Assembly (NCBI GenBank): GCA_002633005.1
Contig: NMRA01000247.1
Location: forward strand, 49,128 to 113,127
DNA length: 64,000 nucleotides
Direction of reading: 5' to 3'
Source of the DNA: Phoronis australis
Lineage: Eukaryota > Animalia > Phoronida
The notes under the pieces were generated by a model, which saw nothing but the letters and a program-made list of their open reading frames with translations, searched no databases and was not told the origin of the DNA. The position numbers and the translations under genes are program-made. How positions within the stretch are numbered: position 1 is the first letter of the stretch; every line of letters starts with the position of its first letter. Shown here one piece after another: positions 38,066 through 50,124 of this stretch.

Positions 38066-38960
38066 CACTAGGGTGTGCTGCTGTAGGAGCCAAATCAGCC
38101 TTAAATAATACGGTGTCAGTGCATTGTCATTATTGCTTAGTCAACTTCAATTAATATTTGCCAACCAGTTCTCTAGATATAATCTGAAAACACTTTTCCC
38201 CTAAACAATATTTGAAAAGCACCTTGTTGAGAACAAAATGGTGCCGGCACATGGTCATCAAATATAACTACGTATTAGTTTCATTTAATTCCATCTACCG
38301 GTTCTCTAGATACCATCTAGAAACACTCTTCCACAATAACAATCGAATTGGCATGATACTGCAGAAGACAAGTCTGTCCTGAATGAAGGGTCTCAAGCAC
38401 TGATATCAAAAACGTATAAGCCAAGTTTCGTTTACATCAATCTATCAGTATTTTAGACGTCATCAGAGGTAGAATTCAGTAACTGTCAAGAGATGAGAAA
38501 AATCTAGCCAAAATCATGAGCTCTCATTTAAAATATATGACAATACTTTTCCCAATCTCCCGAAGGCTAACTTCAAAAAGCGAGTTCCTAGCAAGGTTAT
38601 AGTGTTTTTGATTCCATCCTGAATTGATCTTCCCCTAAGAACACACGAAAACCTTTTTAAAACAAAATGACAATATGGATGAGCTGCAGTAGTTGAATCC
38701 ACCAACACCTAAATGGCGACAGAGCATTGACATCACATCTCTGAGTCAAGTTTCATTAAAAATCTCTTAATCCGTCCAAAAGAAAATCTCTTCCACAAAA
38801 TAGCAACTAGGAAGTGCTGCAGTAGTCGTATATATTCGAAAATCAAATGGTACCGCCGCATTGACATCTTATACCTCTATGACAAGTTTTAACAAAGTCT
38901 GTCAGTCGGTTCTCTTGATATCATCCAGAAACACACTTCCCCAAACTAAACTTCTTTGCC
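38066..38960 (-). repeat. Diverged copy of the second tandem-repeat family
   Basis: Reverse-complement similarity to the 7680-11430 units (ggttctctagatatcatc...aaacactcttcc...aaacaa). Boundaries approximate. Confidence 0.6.
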
Positions 38961-39710
38961 ACAAGCTCTAGAAGTGTCATGCACGTTAATTTTCTTGTCC
39001 CGCTGCGCGCAGATATTGCAACAATTGACGTTGTTAACAGATATCAACATATTCACAACAGTCCTTTTAAGGACTACAACCGAGTCCACCCAGAAGGGCT
39101 GTTCCACTAACAAAAATACAAATCATGCTTCACGCTGGTATTTACATAGCCAAAAATCTGACTTTCCGTTTACCCGTCCTCTTGTTCCGAATAAACGCCA
39201 GGGCTTTTATTGGTGACATTAAAATATCTGAAAAATTTCATTTTCCGAATACATGCCCGGGGGCTTATCTATGGAAAACCCCAGTACACATCAGTTGGTG
39301 CAAGCCCAGTCTCAATAGGCAACTGGCACACCACAGATTGTCATTGTTGACTTAGTTTATTGTTACTCCCTGTAACTCACTGTGTCTGTGTTTCATTACT
39401 TGTTGCTGGGCCTAGCTAGGTGGCCATTGTGTTTTTTCTTCTGATAATGGTGTTTCAATAAACAACACAGAAACATGTCAAGCCGGTTTAAATCTGTTGT
39501 TTTTATTATCATTATGTTATTTTTATTGTATATGAACAATGAAACAAAAAGTTAAGAGGAAACAATTAAATGTTCTGGAATAATTGGACAGTGAGAAGTC
39601 AAGAGTGACAGATTCTCAATGTTATAGGAAATGTATTAAATGCTGAATTTACAACATGGAGTGACCATAAAATAGAACAAGACCACTCCAACAACAACTG
39701 AATCATTATT

Positions 39711-41440
39711 ATGCGCCCACGTATTTATATGTGGACGCATTATGCAGTCATCTCCGTCCGTTCGTCCGTCTGGGCGGCGTCCGTCTGGCATCCGCTGCTC
39801 TATCTTCAAAACCCTTTGACATACGTTTATGAAATTTGGCACATTTGTTTGACTCATGAATGGGACGGCATGAGCGAACTTTTTGGACGGATCCGACTAC
39901 CGGGTGTGTCCCCTAGTGGCAATTTTAATTTTTTACGCTTACCTTTGTATCTTCAAAAGTCCTGAACGGATTTTCATGAAATTTAGTATGTAGTAGGCAC
40001 GTATTAGTGAGATGACGCTATCCTCCCGTTTTCGGATGGATTCGATGTAGTTTGTGCCACCTAGTGGCCATTTTTACTGTTTTCGAGTCTGTTTTTTTGC
40101 GTCCACCCCTGTATCAACCAAACTGCTCAAAGGATGATTGTGAAAATTGGCATGTATGTGCTTACTATGAAGAGGACAGTTGACGACAATTTTCCAACGA
40201 TTTCGACTACTGTGGCGCCTGCTAGTAGCAGTTTAGTTTTTTTTGCGCCTATGGCTGTATCTCCTAAAATATTGGCAGGATCTTTATGAAATTTAGTAAG
40301 TATATTTATATGATGTTAACAACGGACAACAACGAGGAGGGATCTGACTACCGGTGCGCCCCCTAGTGGCAATTTAAGTTTACCTCTGTATTTTCAAAAG
40401 TCCTTAACGGATTTTCATGAAATTTAACACGTAGGCACCTAATAGTGAGATGACGCTATCCTCCCATTTTCAAATGGATTTGACGTAGTTTGCTCCACCT
40501 AGTGGTCAATTTTACTGTTTTCAAGTCTATTTTTTGCGTCCACCCCTCTATTGACCAAACCGCTCAGAGGATTGTGAAAATTGGCATGTATGTGCTTACT
40601 ATAAAGAGGATGGTTGATGATTTTCCGACGATTTTGACTACTGTGGCGCCTCCTAGTGGCAGTTTTGTTTTAGTTGCGCCTATGGCTGTATCTTCTAAAC
40701 CGTTTGTAGGATCTTTACTTAATTTAGCAAGTGTATCTATATGATGTTGACTACAAATGACGACGACTTTCGGACAGATATGACTACTGCTGTGCCCCTA
40801 GTGGCAATTTTAGTTTTTTACGTTTAACTCAGTATCAGTATCTTCAAAGGACCTCAACAGATTTTCATAAAATTTTAAATATAGGCATCTATTGGTGTGA
40901 TGACGCTTTCATCCTGTTTTTGGATGGAATCGAGGTATTTTGCACCACCTAGTGACCATTTTTGCTGTTTTCAAATCTTGTTTTTGGTGTCCATCCCTGT
41001 ATCAACCAAATCATTTGAAAATTGGCATACATGTTCTCAATGTGAAGAAGACCTTTGATGATGGTGACTGACTACTGTGGCGCTTCCTAGTGGTAGTTTT
41101 GTTTTGCGCCCATAGTTGTATCTCCTAAACCCACTGCAGGATCTTTACTAAATTTAGTAATTGTATTTATATGAAGATAACAACAGACGACGACGACTTT
41201 CAGGCGGATCCAACAGACACTGTGCCCACTAGTGGCAAATTCATTTTATTCAGTTTTCCTTTGTTTCTGTGAAGTTCCTTGACACATTTTTATGAAATAT
41301 GGCATGTTCCTGTTTTTAGATGGATTGTATGTTTTTGCAGCATCTGGTGGTCATTTTTATGATACAAATAAATAACCCTAAAAGCACACCATTTGCAGTG
41401 CATTCGTGGGCGCATCTCAACGCTCCGCATTGCTCTCGTA
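39711..41440 (+). mobile_element. HINE full-length copy (best reference copy, ~1.73 kb)
   Basis: ATGCGCCCAC-gtatttatat-GTGGACGCAT, (GTCC)-like tract, 11 internal motif units, and 3' GTGGGCGCAT-ctc-AACGCTCCGCATT. Confidence 0.9.
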
Positions 41441-41739
41441 ATACTTTGTAATCATCACATAGAACTCTATAGTCTCAGACAAGGCAATACAACAGACAGC
41501 TTAGGGGTCCAGCTGAAATATTTGATCATGAAAAAATCCAAATGGACAAACCTAAAGCTTGAAGCTACTTTGCTCGAAAGTTTTAATGTGGATTTTAGAT
41601 CCAGGGCTAACTCTAATTAGTAAAACAAACTGAATCAACATGATTGCCTCATCACTAATCAACAGTTTGAGAGTAAACGTGAGAAAATACATTTGAGATT
41701 AATACACTGAGGCAATCTACATCTGAGGACTGTACTTAC

Positions 41740-41800
41740 TCCACAGGAAGTTCAAACGAGAATTCAAACTCATGCTGTCCCTCTTGCAAAACATCCCACT
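41740..41800 (-). CDS. ARRDC: Alpha-arrestin exon 2
   Basis: tttcag / gtaagt; encodes (E)WDVLQEGQHEFEFSFELPV(D), matching the GxHxFxFxFxLP motif; phase 1-2. Confidence 0.93.
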
Positions 41801-42193
41801 CTGAAAGGGAATAATGTAAAAACGTCAATAACAAAAACATGAGAAAATAAACTTGGATAATGAAAGTGACCCACTTGGTTTAAGGGACACATTGTAGGAG
41901 GGAATAGCATTCCCTTTAATCAGAGCATAAAACAAAAATCCAATGTGTTTTTGTGATTTTGATACAAATCGCTATTTCTCAGTAACAGAAATTCAATGAA
42001 ATCGAAGCCAGCAACTTTGTCAGTTGATACTCGTCTACTTGCCGAGTGGAACTAAGTTTTGCCAGCAAAGCATCATACTGTGTCAGGTGAGGTCGCGACA
42101 ATCAATTGTGTCAATGCTAATCTTAAAGAAATCAATTTCTGATCGTTAACATTGTCACTTTTAAAGTTACAAGACAATGTTAAAAATCGCCTA

Positions 42194-42606
42194 TCGTATT
42201 CGCCCTAATAACCGCCCATGCCCCTATCAGCACCCTCCACGCGTTTTCAGATTTTGCTAAAATAAGCGCCCAATCCTTGAATGTGTACGTGCGAAAAATG
42301 CCTTACCTACAGTCTTTAATTCTACAATTTATCAATAACATCTAACAGACCTGAAAAAATCATTGTGCACTGCTAAGTCGGTATTTAGCGGTGACTATAC
42401 ACTTCAAACTTCTGTTGTGCCTCAAAAAGAACGCAAAACATACAATGTACATCTAGCTCGTTAAATTGCGATTACTCTGGCGAATGAACACTGGTGACAA
42501 GCACGCGCTCCCTTACTCACACACGCAGATGAACTTCAAAATAAACGTCACTTGACAACAACATGTCCAGAGATTTTTTCTCGTGTTACCAGGTAGGCCT
42601 ACAATC
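42194..42606 (-). mobile_element. Deleted second copy of the pogo-like element at 17961-19114
   Basis: TA + tcgtattcgccctaataa...gcgttttcagattttgctaaaataagcgccca is the reverse complement of 19050-19114; 42470-42600 matches 18130-18250. Confidence 0.72.
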
Positions 42607-42620
42607 ATAGACAGCACCAT

Positions 42621-43560
42621 CTAGCGCAGATTTAAACTTAACCTGCCCTTATTATTCCCGACTCCAGATGCACCCAAAGGGCACAGGGTGGAGAAATCGG
42701 TGTGTTTCTGCATCGGTTTGGATGGCTTCCAAGCGGAATGCATTTTAGTTACATTCTCGGGAGTAATCGCCCTGAAGTCGATAACTGCAGCAGCAACATC
42801 AGAAGTCATACCCGGAAGGTCTAACAGTGTTGCAGTGTCACAAGAATTGATAGGAATCTTGGACGCCATAAAGTACCAAAAATGGGTGAGGCACTACATA
42901 AATGATAGGTCTACAAAAGACTCAACTTGAAAAACACAAAAATAAATAAATATGAAATAGAGCTGACAAAATATTGAATAGAGATGGAGGGGGGGAAATG
43001 TAACAGCTGAACACACGTGTTCAGTGACCAACTGGCTACAACAAGGGTGGTACTGAGCGACAAGGAAAAAAAATCCGCAAAATTTGATTTAACTTACGCG
43101 CCACTCGGTGTTAAGGTAGGAAACTGCACGTAGCAACTACGCCAAATATTGTGTTTACTGCAGGTTCGCGTGCAGCTTACCTATACTCATTAGACTTCTT
43201 GAACACACGCAGGAGAATTGGGAGCACCAAATGCAGGCGTCCTGCATGTAGCAGGACCAGACGAAGAGAGAGACACTTCCCATGATGCCCCAGTCACGTG
43301 AAAACACTAAAACTTACAACATCCAGCCACTAACGGAAACTAACACAAACACACGAGACAACACGAAAGACAAGACCACACAAACCTACATTCACAACAG
43401 TACGCAGTCACTTTTTGGTACGATTTTTGTGCTTTGACCACGAATTTGTTGCGAACTCGGTAGAGCAATACATAGTGAATGATATTGGGAGAAAGAAAAA
43501 TTCCTCATGGTTTGTTGAACCCTTGTTTTGTGTAAATTTATTGAGTTTTAGGTTTGTTAT
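42621..43560. mobile_element. Probable LTR-retroelement remnant with a helix-hairpin-helix (ComEA-like) ORF start at 42869 (- strand)
   Basis: MASKIPINSCDTATLLDLPGMTSDVAAAVIDFR fits INxxxxxxLxxLPGxxxxxAxx(I/V)xxxR; a purine tract abuts TGTAAC at 42999. Right boundary unclear. Confidence 0.45.
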
Positions 43561-44728
43561 GGACGGCTGAAGTGAAGCACCCGTGGAATTTCTAGTCTGG
43601 AGTGTCATACCTTGTAGTATATTATATATAATGTGCTGGGGATGATCAGAAGCTGAGGACGCCTGTGTCAGCAATAAGCCATTTTTGGAATCACTATGAT
43701 CACCATGGTGAGAGGATGAAAAAATATTAATATCAAGTATTTACGTTAATGGAGTCTTTATGTAAACAATAATCTCTCGGTCTTTTGACAATAACTATGA
43801 ATGAGCTTTTGTTTAGCATGCAACTCCAGAAAATATAAGATTTATTGGCTCTGGTTGGATATAGCAGTACCTGATTTAGAGAACCAGGTGTGGGTAAAAA
43901 GAAAAATGCGGTTCGACTGTGTACGAGTTGGTTCATCGGAACAGAACAAGAGATGAATCTTAACTATAGTATATTGAAGACTGCAAAAACAGTTACATGA
44001 GTAGGAACAACTCTCCATGCGGAGAAACAACTACTAATCAACTCATGAAAACTACTGATGCTACTCCTTGAAATACAAGTGAAAGTGATAGAGACTAGAG
44101 AAACACGAATTAACCAATCAAATAAGATGAACAAATAAAGTGATGACTAAACTAAATGAAGCAAAAACACAATAACACATTCTGCGCCACCAGGTAATCA
44201 TTGAATAACGGGCCCGTTATTAACAGAATGAACTGGCTCTCTAAATCAGGGACCACTATATCCAACCAGTGCCGATTTATTTGTATGATAGAACCAAGGA
44301 GTGTACGAGTATAGGAGAGTTCACTCCGCAATTTTACCATTCGCCGCAATGGTTACCGGTCGAAACACTAGCGCTCCAAGCGGTGAATAATCAATACTTA
44401 CTTAGGAGCGCAGTCCGAACAATGTAAATACTGATGAATTCATACCTTAATGACGTTCAACGTGCAATAAAATTACTGTGTGATTGAAAATGGTTAGAAT
44501 ACGTAAACTAACATCCACTTATAATCGAATGAGAAAGAAAATGTGTATTTTAATCAATATTAAAGTGTATTTGTTTTTATTCTTTTGAAGCTCCCTTCAA
44601 AATCTATCACGGTTTTGTTTCATGTTTGAGTTCTTAACAAGGCAAATTATCTTTCCTTATAACAGTTCATACCTCCATGGACAATAAAATTTGAATGATT
44701 GCTCCTGGGGGTTCAGAGGGTAATTCCC

Positions 44729-45632
44729 NNNNNNNNNNNNNNNNNNNNNNNNNNNNNNNNNNNNNNNNNNNNNNNNNNNNNNNNNNNNNNNNNNNNNNNN
44801 NNNNNNNNNNNNNNNNNNNNNNNNNNNNNNNNNNNNNNNNNNNNNNNNNNNNNNNNNNNNNNNNNNNNNNNNNNNNNNNNNNNNNNNNNNNNNNNNNNNN
44901 NNNNNNNNNNNNNNNNNNNNNNNNNNNNNNNNNNNNNNNNNNNNNNNNNNNNNNNNNNNNNNNNNNNNNNNNNNNNNNNNNNNNNNNNNNNNNNNNNNNN
45001 NNNNNNNNNNNNNNNNNNNNNNNNNNNNNNNNNNNNNNNNNNNNNNNNNNNNNNNNNNNNNNNNNNNNNNNNNNNNNNNNNNNNNNNNNNNNNNNNNNNN
45101 NNNNNNNNNNNNNNNNNNNNNNNNNNNNNNNNNNNNNNNNNNNNNNNNNNNNNNNNNNNNNNNNNNNNNNNNNNNNNNNNNNNNNNNNNNNNNNNNNNNN
45201 NNNNNNNNNNNNNNNNNNNNNNNNNNNNNNNNNNNNNNNNNNNNNNNNNNNNNNNNNNNNNNNNNNNNNNNNNNNNNNNNNNNNNNNNNNNNNNNNNNNN
45301 NNNNNNNNNNNNNNNNNNNNNNNNNNNNNNNNNNNNNNNNNNNNNNNNNNNNNNNNNNNNNNNNNNNNNNNNNNNNNNNNNNNNNNNNNNNNNNNNNNNN
45401 NNNNNNNNNNNNNNNNNNNNNNNNNNNNNNNNNNNNNNNNNNNNNNNNNNNNNNNNNNNNNNNNNNNNNNNNNNNNNNNNNNNNNNNNNNNNNNNNNNNN
45501 NNNNNNNNNNNNNNNNNNNNNNNNNNNNNNNNNNNNNNNNNNNNNNNNNNNNNNNNNNNNNNNNNNNNNNNNNNNNNNNNNNNNNNNNNNNNNNNNNNNN
45601 NNNNNNNNNNNNNNNNNNNNNNNNNNNNNNNN
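44729..45632. other. Assembly gap
   Basis: N run. Confidence 1.
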
Positions 45633-46339
45633 AAAAAACTAGGACTCAAATGTCGATCCACGGATATTTTAAGGGGCCGCACAACTTTTCACCGAGACCC
45701 ACAGATTCCATAACGCTAAATCGTCGTGAGAGACCGTCCGGAGTTGGTATATGGTGCAACTCCGGACGGTCTGGGCTCAACAGAAAATCACAGTTCTTCT
45801 GTGAGCCTACACCAATGTGATAAACGAGTTCTACTAGCTGCATTAGCTGCAGGTATGATTATCTCTCAGTTTTATGACACAAAATGTGTAACTGGGCAAA
45901 GCCTTTTCAAGCTAGTGTATATAAATCAGTGGAGCGTGAGACCCATGAGGCGACCTGTCAAGTCCTCACGACAATTCTACGTTATGTCTCTAACTTGACT
46001 AATGAAAACTTGAGTCCCTGTGGCTGTGATTGTGCCATGGCCGTGTCACCACGATGATTCATATTCACTCATGGCCATGGCTATGTTTTCCTAAAATTAT
46101 CCCTGCGATTGTTAGAGGGACATTTTGATTTGGAATACATGGACTGCAAGTATCCAAAAAGCAGACGATCACATCGTACGTTAATCAGTAGTCCTTCCGC
46201 CGGCTGCCAAGTAGGCCTAGCCTCCATTGCAAACAACAGACAGTGGCACCGGGACGTGCGATCGACTTGTCTAACTGTGAACAGAACACACAAAATGAAA
46301 GACAATGTATTATATTATTGAATAACATATAATACTTAC

Positions 46340-46360
46340 CTTTCCGGATCCTTAGAAAAC
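46340..46360 (-). CDS. ARRDC: Candidate 21-nt symmetric microexon of the alpha-arrestin gene (GFLRIRK)
   Basis: ttttttag acceptor and AAG|gtaagt donor; phase 1-1; preserves frame between exons 1 and 2. Confidence 0.5.
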
Positions 46361-46646
46361 CTAAAAAACGACACGTCTGGGGTTGTCGTAGATGAATTAG
46401 TGCAATTTATCGCACTGCATAATGCGTCCTTCCCCATTGTTTTGGCGCTTCCTGGTTGACCGTTGCTTGTTCATCACTTGGCAGCGCTAGTAGTAGCGGT
46501 AACAGTGAACTCACAAGTGAACTCTCCTATACTACTACACTCCTTGATAGAACCCTTTAATTGCTACAGTGCTAGTGCTGCATTAATGCATTATTTTTAC
46601 TACACTCAGTACAGTGCCCTACATGACATAAATTCAAAAAGAGTAC

Positions 46647-46926
46647 CGTTGCTGTTACTTGAAGTACTTCGGCCAAACAGAACAGTTTTTCTTGAAAAGT
46701 ATCCAATCTCAGCATTGAAATGTTCGGTTGTTGGACCTAAGCGTGTACCAGTGCTTCGCGATTCAGTCCAATGAACTTTAGCGGTACCGCGAACGCACAC
46801 GCGCAAACAACGAACTCTCAAGTCTCCTTTCAAGTTCACTACACATTTCCCTTTAACCAATTCTCCAGGGTGAAACACGGTCTTGTTCTCGTCCAGTGTG
46901 ATGTTGAATGATTTCAGGCGACCCAT
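46647..46926 (-). CDS. ARRDC: Alpha-arrestin (arrestin domain-containing protein), coding exon 1
   Basis: ATG at 46926. Encodes MGRLKSFNITLDENKTVFHPGELVKGKCVVNL...RGTAKVHWTESRS...NAEIGYFSRK (Arrestin_N). Donor G|GTACTC is the best of several phase-1 options, so the exact end is uncertain. Symbol is family-level only. Confidence 0.9.
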
Positions 46927-47859
46927 GGCACCTTTCAAGGGCCGGTATGAAGAATATACAGACTGGCATGGCGCTGAGAACCCAAATATTTTGTGACCAT
47001 TATTTATCCACTGTTGTCACCGGATGAGAGTTCCTGAGCATGCGCCACTAGGCCTACTACAGCCTCGAGCTACTGTCCCCTCNCGGGGAGAGGGGGACAG
47101 GGGTGGGGGTGAGGTCGGTGGCTTTAGCGGCAGTACACGTTGGGATTTGCAACGGAGGTGGCTTTTGGAGGCGATGGCTGATACTGGTGAGAGGAGCGCC
47201 GTGCCGGGGGTGTTTTTGTTTTCAGAGCAGGCGGTTCAAACTGCTTGGGTTTTTTTGTCGCAACTCAGCAGTCTCAGAAAAGTCTTAAAACGAATTTTAA
47301 TTCAGTTGACTTAAAAGACAAAATGTCCACTCGAGACGAATTTTCCAAAAGCCCTGCTTACGAGGCCGGGGAACGTATGAGGCCGAGGTGTATTTTCGGG
47401 GGTTCATGTGGGTTTTTATCACTGAATTGTACAAAGATAAAACCCGAGGTGGTTCGTAGAGAAAAATACTTGTATTCGGTATAATGTATTAAAAGCTTCT
47501 GGTGTGATAGTATATAAATATGACATATAACATGCAAGTGAACCTATTCGACCAATCAGAATGTGCGCCAAATATAAAACTAACCAGGGGAAGCCATTAG
47601 CTTGGGCTATGATATTTTTTGTAAATATATGGTAGCATTGAATAATAACTTTAAACTGAACATGTACAGGACACACCTAAGTTAAACTTGTCAAGAGGTA
47701 ACAATTAATAGTTAACTTTAAACTGAACATGTACAGCTGAAATACCTAAGCTAATGACCAAACCTGTCACAAACACATAGTTCACTCCCATATTGGAAAA
47801 TCAATGCAAACACCAAAGCCCAAGTAATAGGGCCTAACTGGTACCCTTTGCATGAATGG

Positions 47860-48510
47860 GAGACATTTATGGGAAAGTGTTTTTCAAAAGACGGCTTATA
47901 TGAGCACATGCTCGTAATGATGGGGCTCTTACACTCAACGAAATAAGTCATGGAATACAAAAAATGAACGGAAATGGCAACTGAGGTTCCTTAGCCATCA
48001 CAGAATTTGTGTCTGAGTAAACCTTTTTTCTGAATAGGACTTTGTGCACCTAACATCTATTCAAGATGTCAAACTTGTGGGAACAGATAACAACCAATCA
48101 TCAGAATTTTTCTGAGCATAGACAAAGCAAAACCAATCCATGAATTATAACGGATATGTAACTCATCGCATACACCGACTGTATGCGATATATTCAAGTT
48201 TGTGGGAAAGAGTTTTTCAAAACGTCAGCTTACATGAGCACCTGCTCCTATTTAATGGTGGGACTACACCTAGCTTACAGTCCCGTGCCCATGTCTTTAC
48301 AAAGTCCTCGTGTCCCACCGACTCATGGACGACAAAAGTGATATTTTATCAGTTTAATTTTCGTATTGGGAATGCCAAAATTGGCACTAGAACAGACGCA
48401 ATTCTTGAAGACCTGGCAAGTCATTGAATATAAAAATGGAAATGGTAACCGCCGTGGTTCCTTAGACCACACAATTTGTATCTCAGCGAACCATTAGGCC
48501 TATCTGAATA
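47860..48510. repeat. Diverged local repeat units (further copies at about 50340-50580 and inverted at about 52150-52250)
   Basis: gtttttcaaaa..cagctta.atgagcac at 47879, 48212 and 50394; the ggttccttag...ctgaatag block is inverted at 52160-52250. Confidence 0.55.
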
Positions 48511-48729
48511 AGATATCGTACAACTACTGTAATATTATGTGTAAATATCATCTTTTTCAGTGAGGCGTGGAATATGTTGCAAGTATAGTTTATCCCGTTC
48601 AATCCGCTGTCTTTTTGATCACATCACGTTACCTAATGAATATAAGTCCGAAGAGATAGTCTGCCCCCGACCGGGACTCGAACCCAGGACCGCGCAGACG
48701 CTCTTAGCCACTGAGCCATTGGGACCACT

Positions 48730-50124
48730 CAGTGGCGGATCTACGGGGGGGTTCAGGGGGTTTAANNNNNNNNNNNNNNNNNNNNNNNNNNNNNNNNNNN
48801 NNNNNNNNNNNNNNNNNNNNNNNNNNNNNNNNNNNNNNNNNNNNNNNNNNNNNNNNNNNNNNNNNNNNNNNNNNNNNNNNNNNNNNNNNNNNNNNNNNNN
48901 NNNNNNNNNNNNNNNNNNNNNNNNNNNNNNNNNNNNNNNNNNNNNNNNNNNNNNNNNNNNNNNNNNNNNNNNNNNNNNNNNNNNNNNNNNNNNNNNNNNN
49001 NNNNNNNNNNNNNNNNNNNNNNNNNNNNNNNNNNNNNNNNNNNNNNNNNNNNNNNNNNNNNNNNNNNNNNNNNNNNNNNNNNNNNNNNNNNNNNNNNNNN
49101 NNNNNNNNNNNNNNNNNNNNNNNNNNNNNNNNNNNNNNNNNNNNNNNNNNNNNNNNNNNNNNNNNNNNNNNNNNNNNNNNNNNNNNNNNNNNNNNNNNNN
49201 NNNNNNNNNNNNNNNNNNNNNNNNNNNNNNNNNNNNNNNNNNNNNNNNNNNNNNNNNNNNNNNNNNNNNNNNNNNNNNNNNNNNNNNNNNNNNNNNNNNN
49301 NNNNNNNNNNNNNNNNNNNNNNNNNNNNNNNNNNNNNNNNNNNNNNNNNNNNNNNNNNNNNNNNNNNNNNNNNNNNNNNNNNNNNNNNNNNNNNNNNNNN
49401 NNNNNNNNNNNNNNNNNNNNNNNNNNNNNNNNNNNNNNNNNNNNNNNNNNNNNNNNNNNNNNNNNNNNNNNNNNNNNNNNNNNNNNNNNNNNNTAAAGTG
49501 ATACCTAATTATTTATTGTCGCTTTTAATAATAGACTATGAGTTGAGAGCACCATCGTTCGCCAGTTTTTCTCGTAACGAGACAGCACACATGTTTATTT
49601 CCGGACTAACAGTACAGGTCTTCGTTCTTAAACAACTTGAGGCTGCTGTTACGCGATCATCTGATATTCAAGTTTTTACGCCCCGTCGGTGCTCCTTAAT
49701 TATGCTCTTGAATATTTGGAAATTGTCTAAACCCCTGTATACACACCACACTTTTTCGTATACGACTTTTCGTATGCTGAAAAAGGTGTGTGTAAGCAGA
49801 TGTTCCAACAAAAATTTTTGCTGGTGGCGTGACTCATACCCATATGTGCACAATATGGTTTCACGAAACTTATGAGCCAAGTTCATGTGACGAAATCGAG
49901 AAGGGTTTTTAATTATTTTAAGAAAAACTCTAGAGACATGTTAAGTGCCAGAAACTTACCAGGATGTATGGAAATTTCACTATTTGGCTACAAAAAACAA
50001 AAAATATCTTACACGGGAGGGGAAACTCCCCTGCCGACCTCCCCCCGCTCGGCGCAATGCGCCTAGGATTCGACCTTGGCGGGAATCTTAAACCCCCCTT
50101 GCTGAAAACGTAGATCCGCCACTG
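48730..50124. mobile_element. Non-autonomous TIR DNA element with 5-bp TSD (CCACT), spanning a gap
   Basis: Perfect 15-bp TIR CAGTGGCGGATCTAC / GTAGATCCGCCACTG; CCACT on both sides. Confidence 0.8.
48766..49493. other. Assembly gap
   Basis: N run. Confidence 1.

Noticed and set aside
39711-41440. CRISPR-like appearance of regularly spaced short repeats
   Set aside because: The intervening sequences are themselves repeated (trimeric HOR), the context is eukaryotic, and there are no cas genes.
2924-41620. Many similar short ORFs (MRPHIYMWTHYAVIS..., MPLGGTPVVGSVRKF...)
   Set aside because: Incidental translations of HINE copies; frames are not conserved between copies.
44355-44440. Hammerhead-ribozyme-like pieces (CGAAAC, stem gcgctcc/ggagcgc, GTC, CTGATGA)
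   Set aside because: Stems I and II cannot be formed in the required order; an Infernal search would be needed to revive it.
46930-47600. ChoRE (MondoA) element expected by analogy to TXNIP/ARRDC4 promoters
   Set aside because: No pair of CACGNG half-sites with 5-bp spacing was found by eye.
48661-48729. Functional tRNA gene
   Set aside because: The anticodon arm is truncated and the sequence is embedded in a repeat; treated as tRNA-derived.
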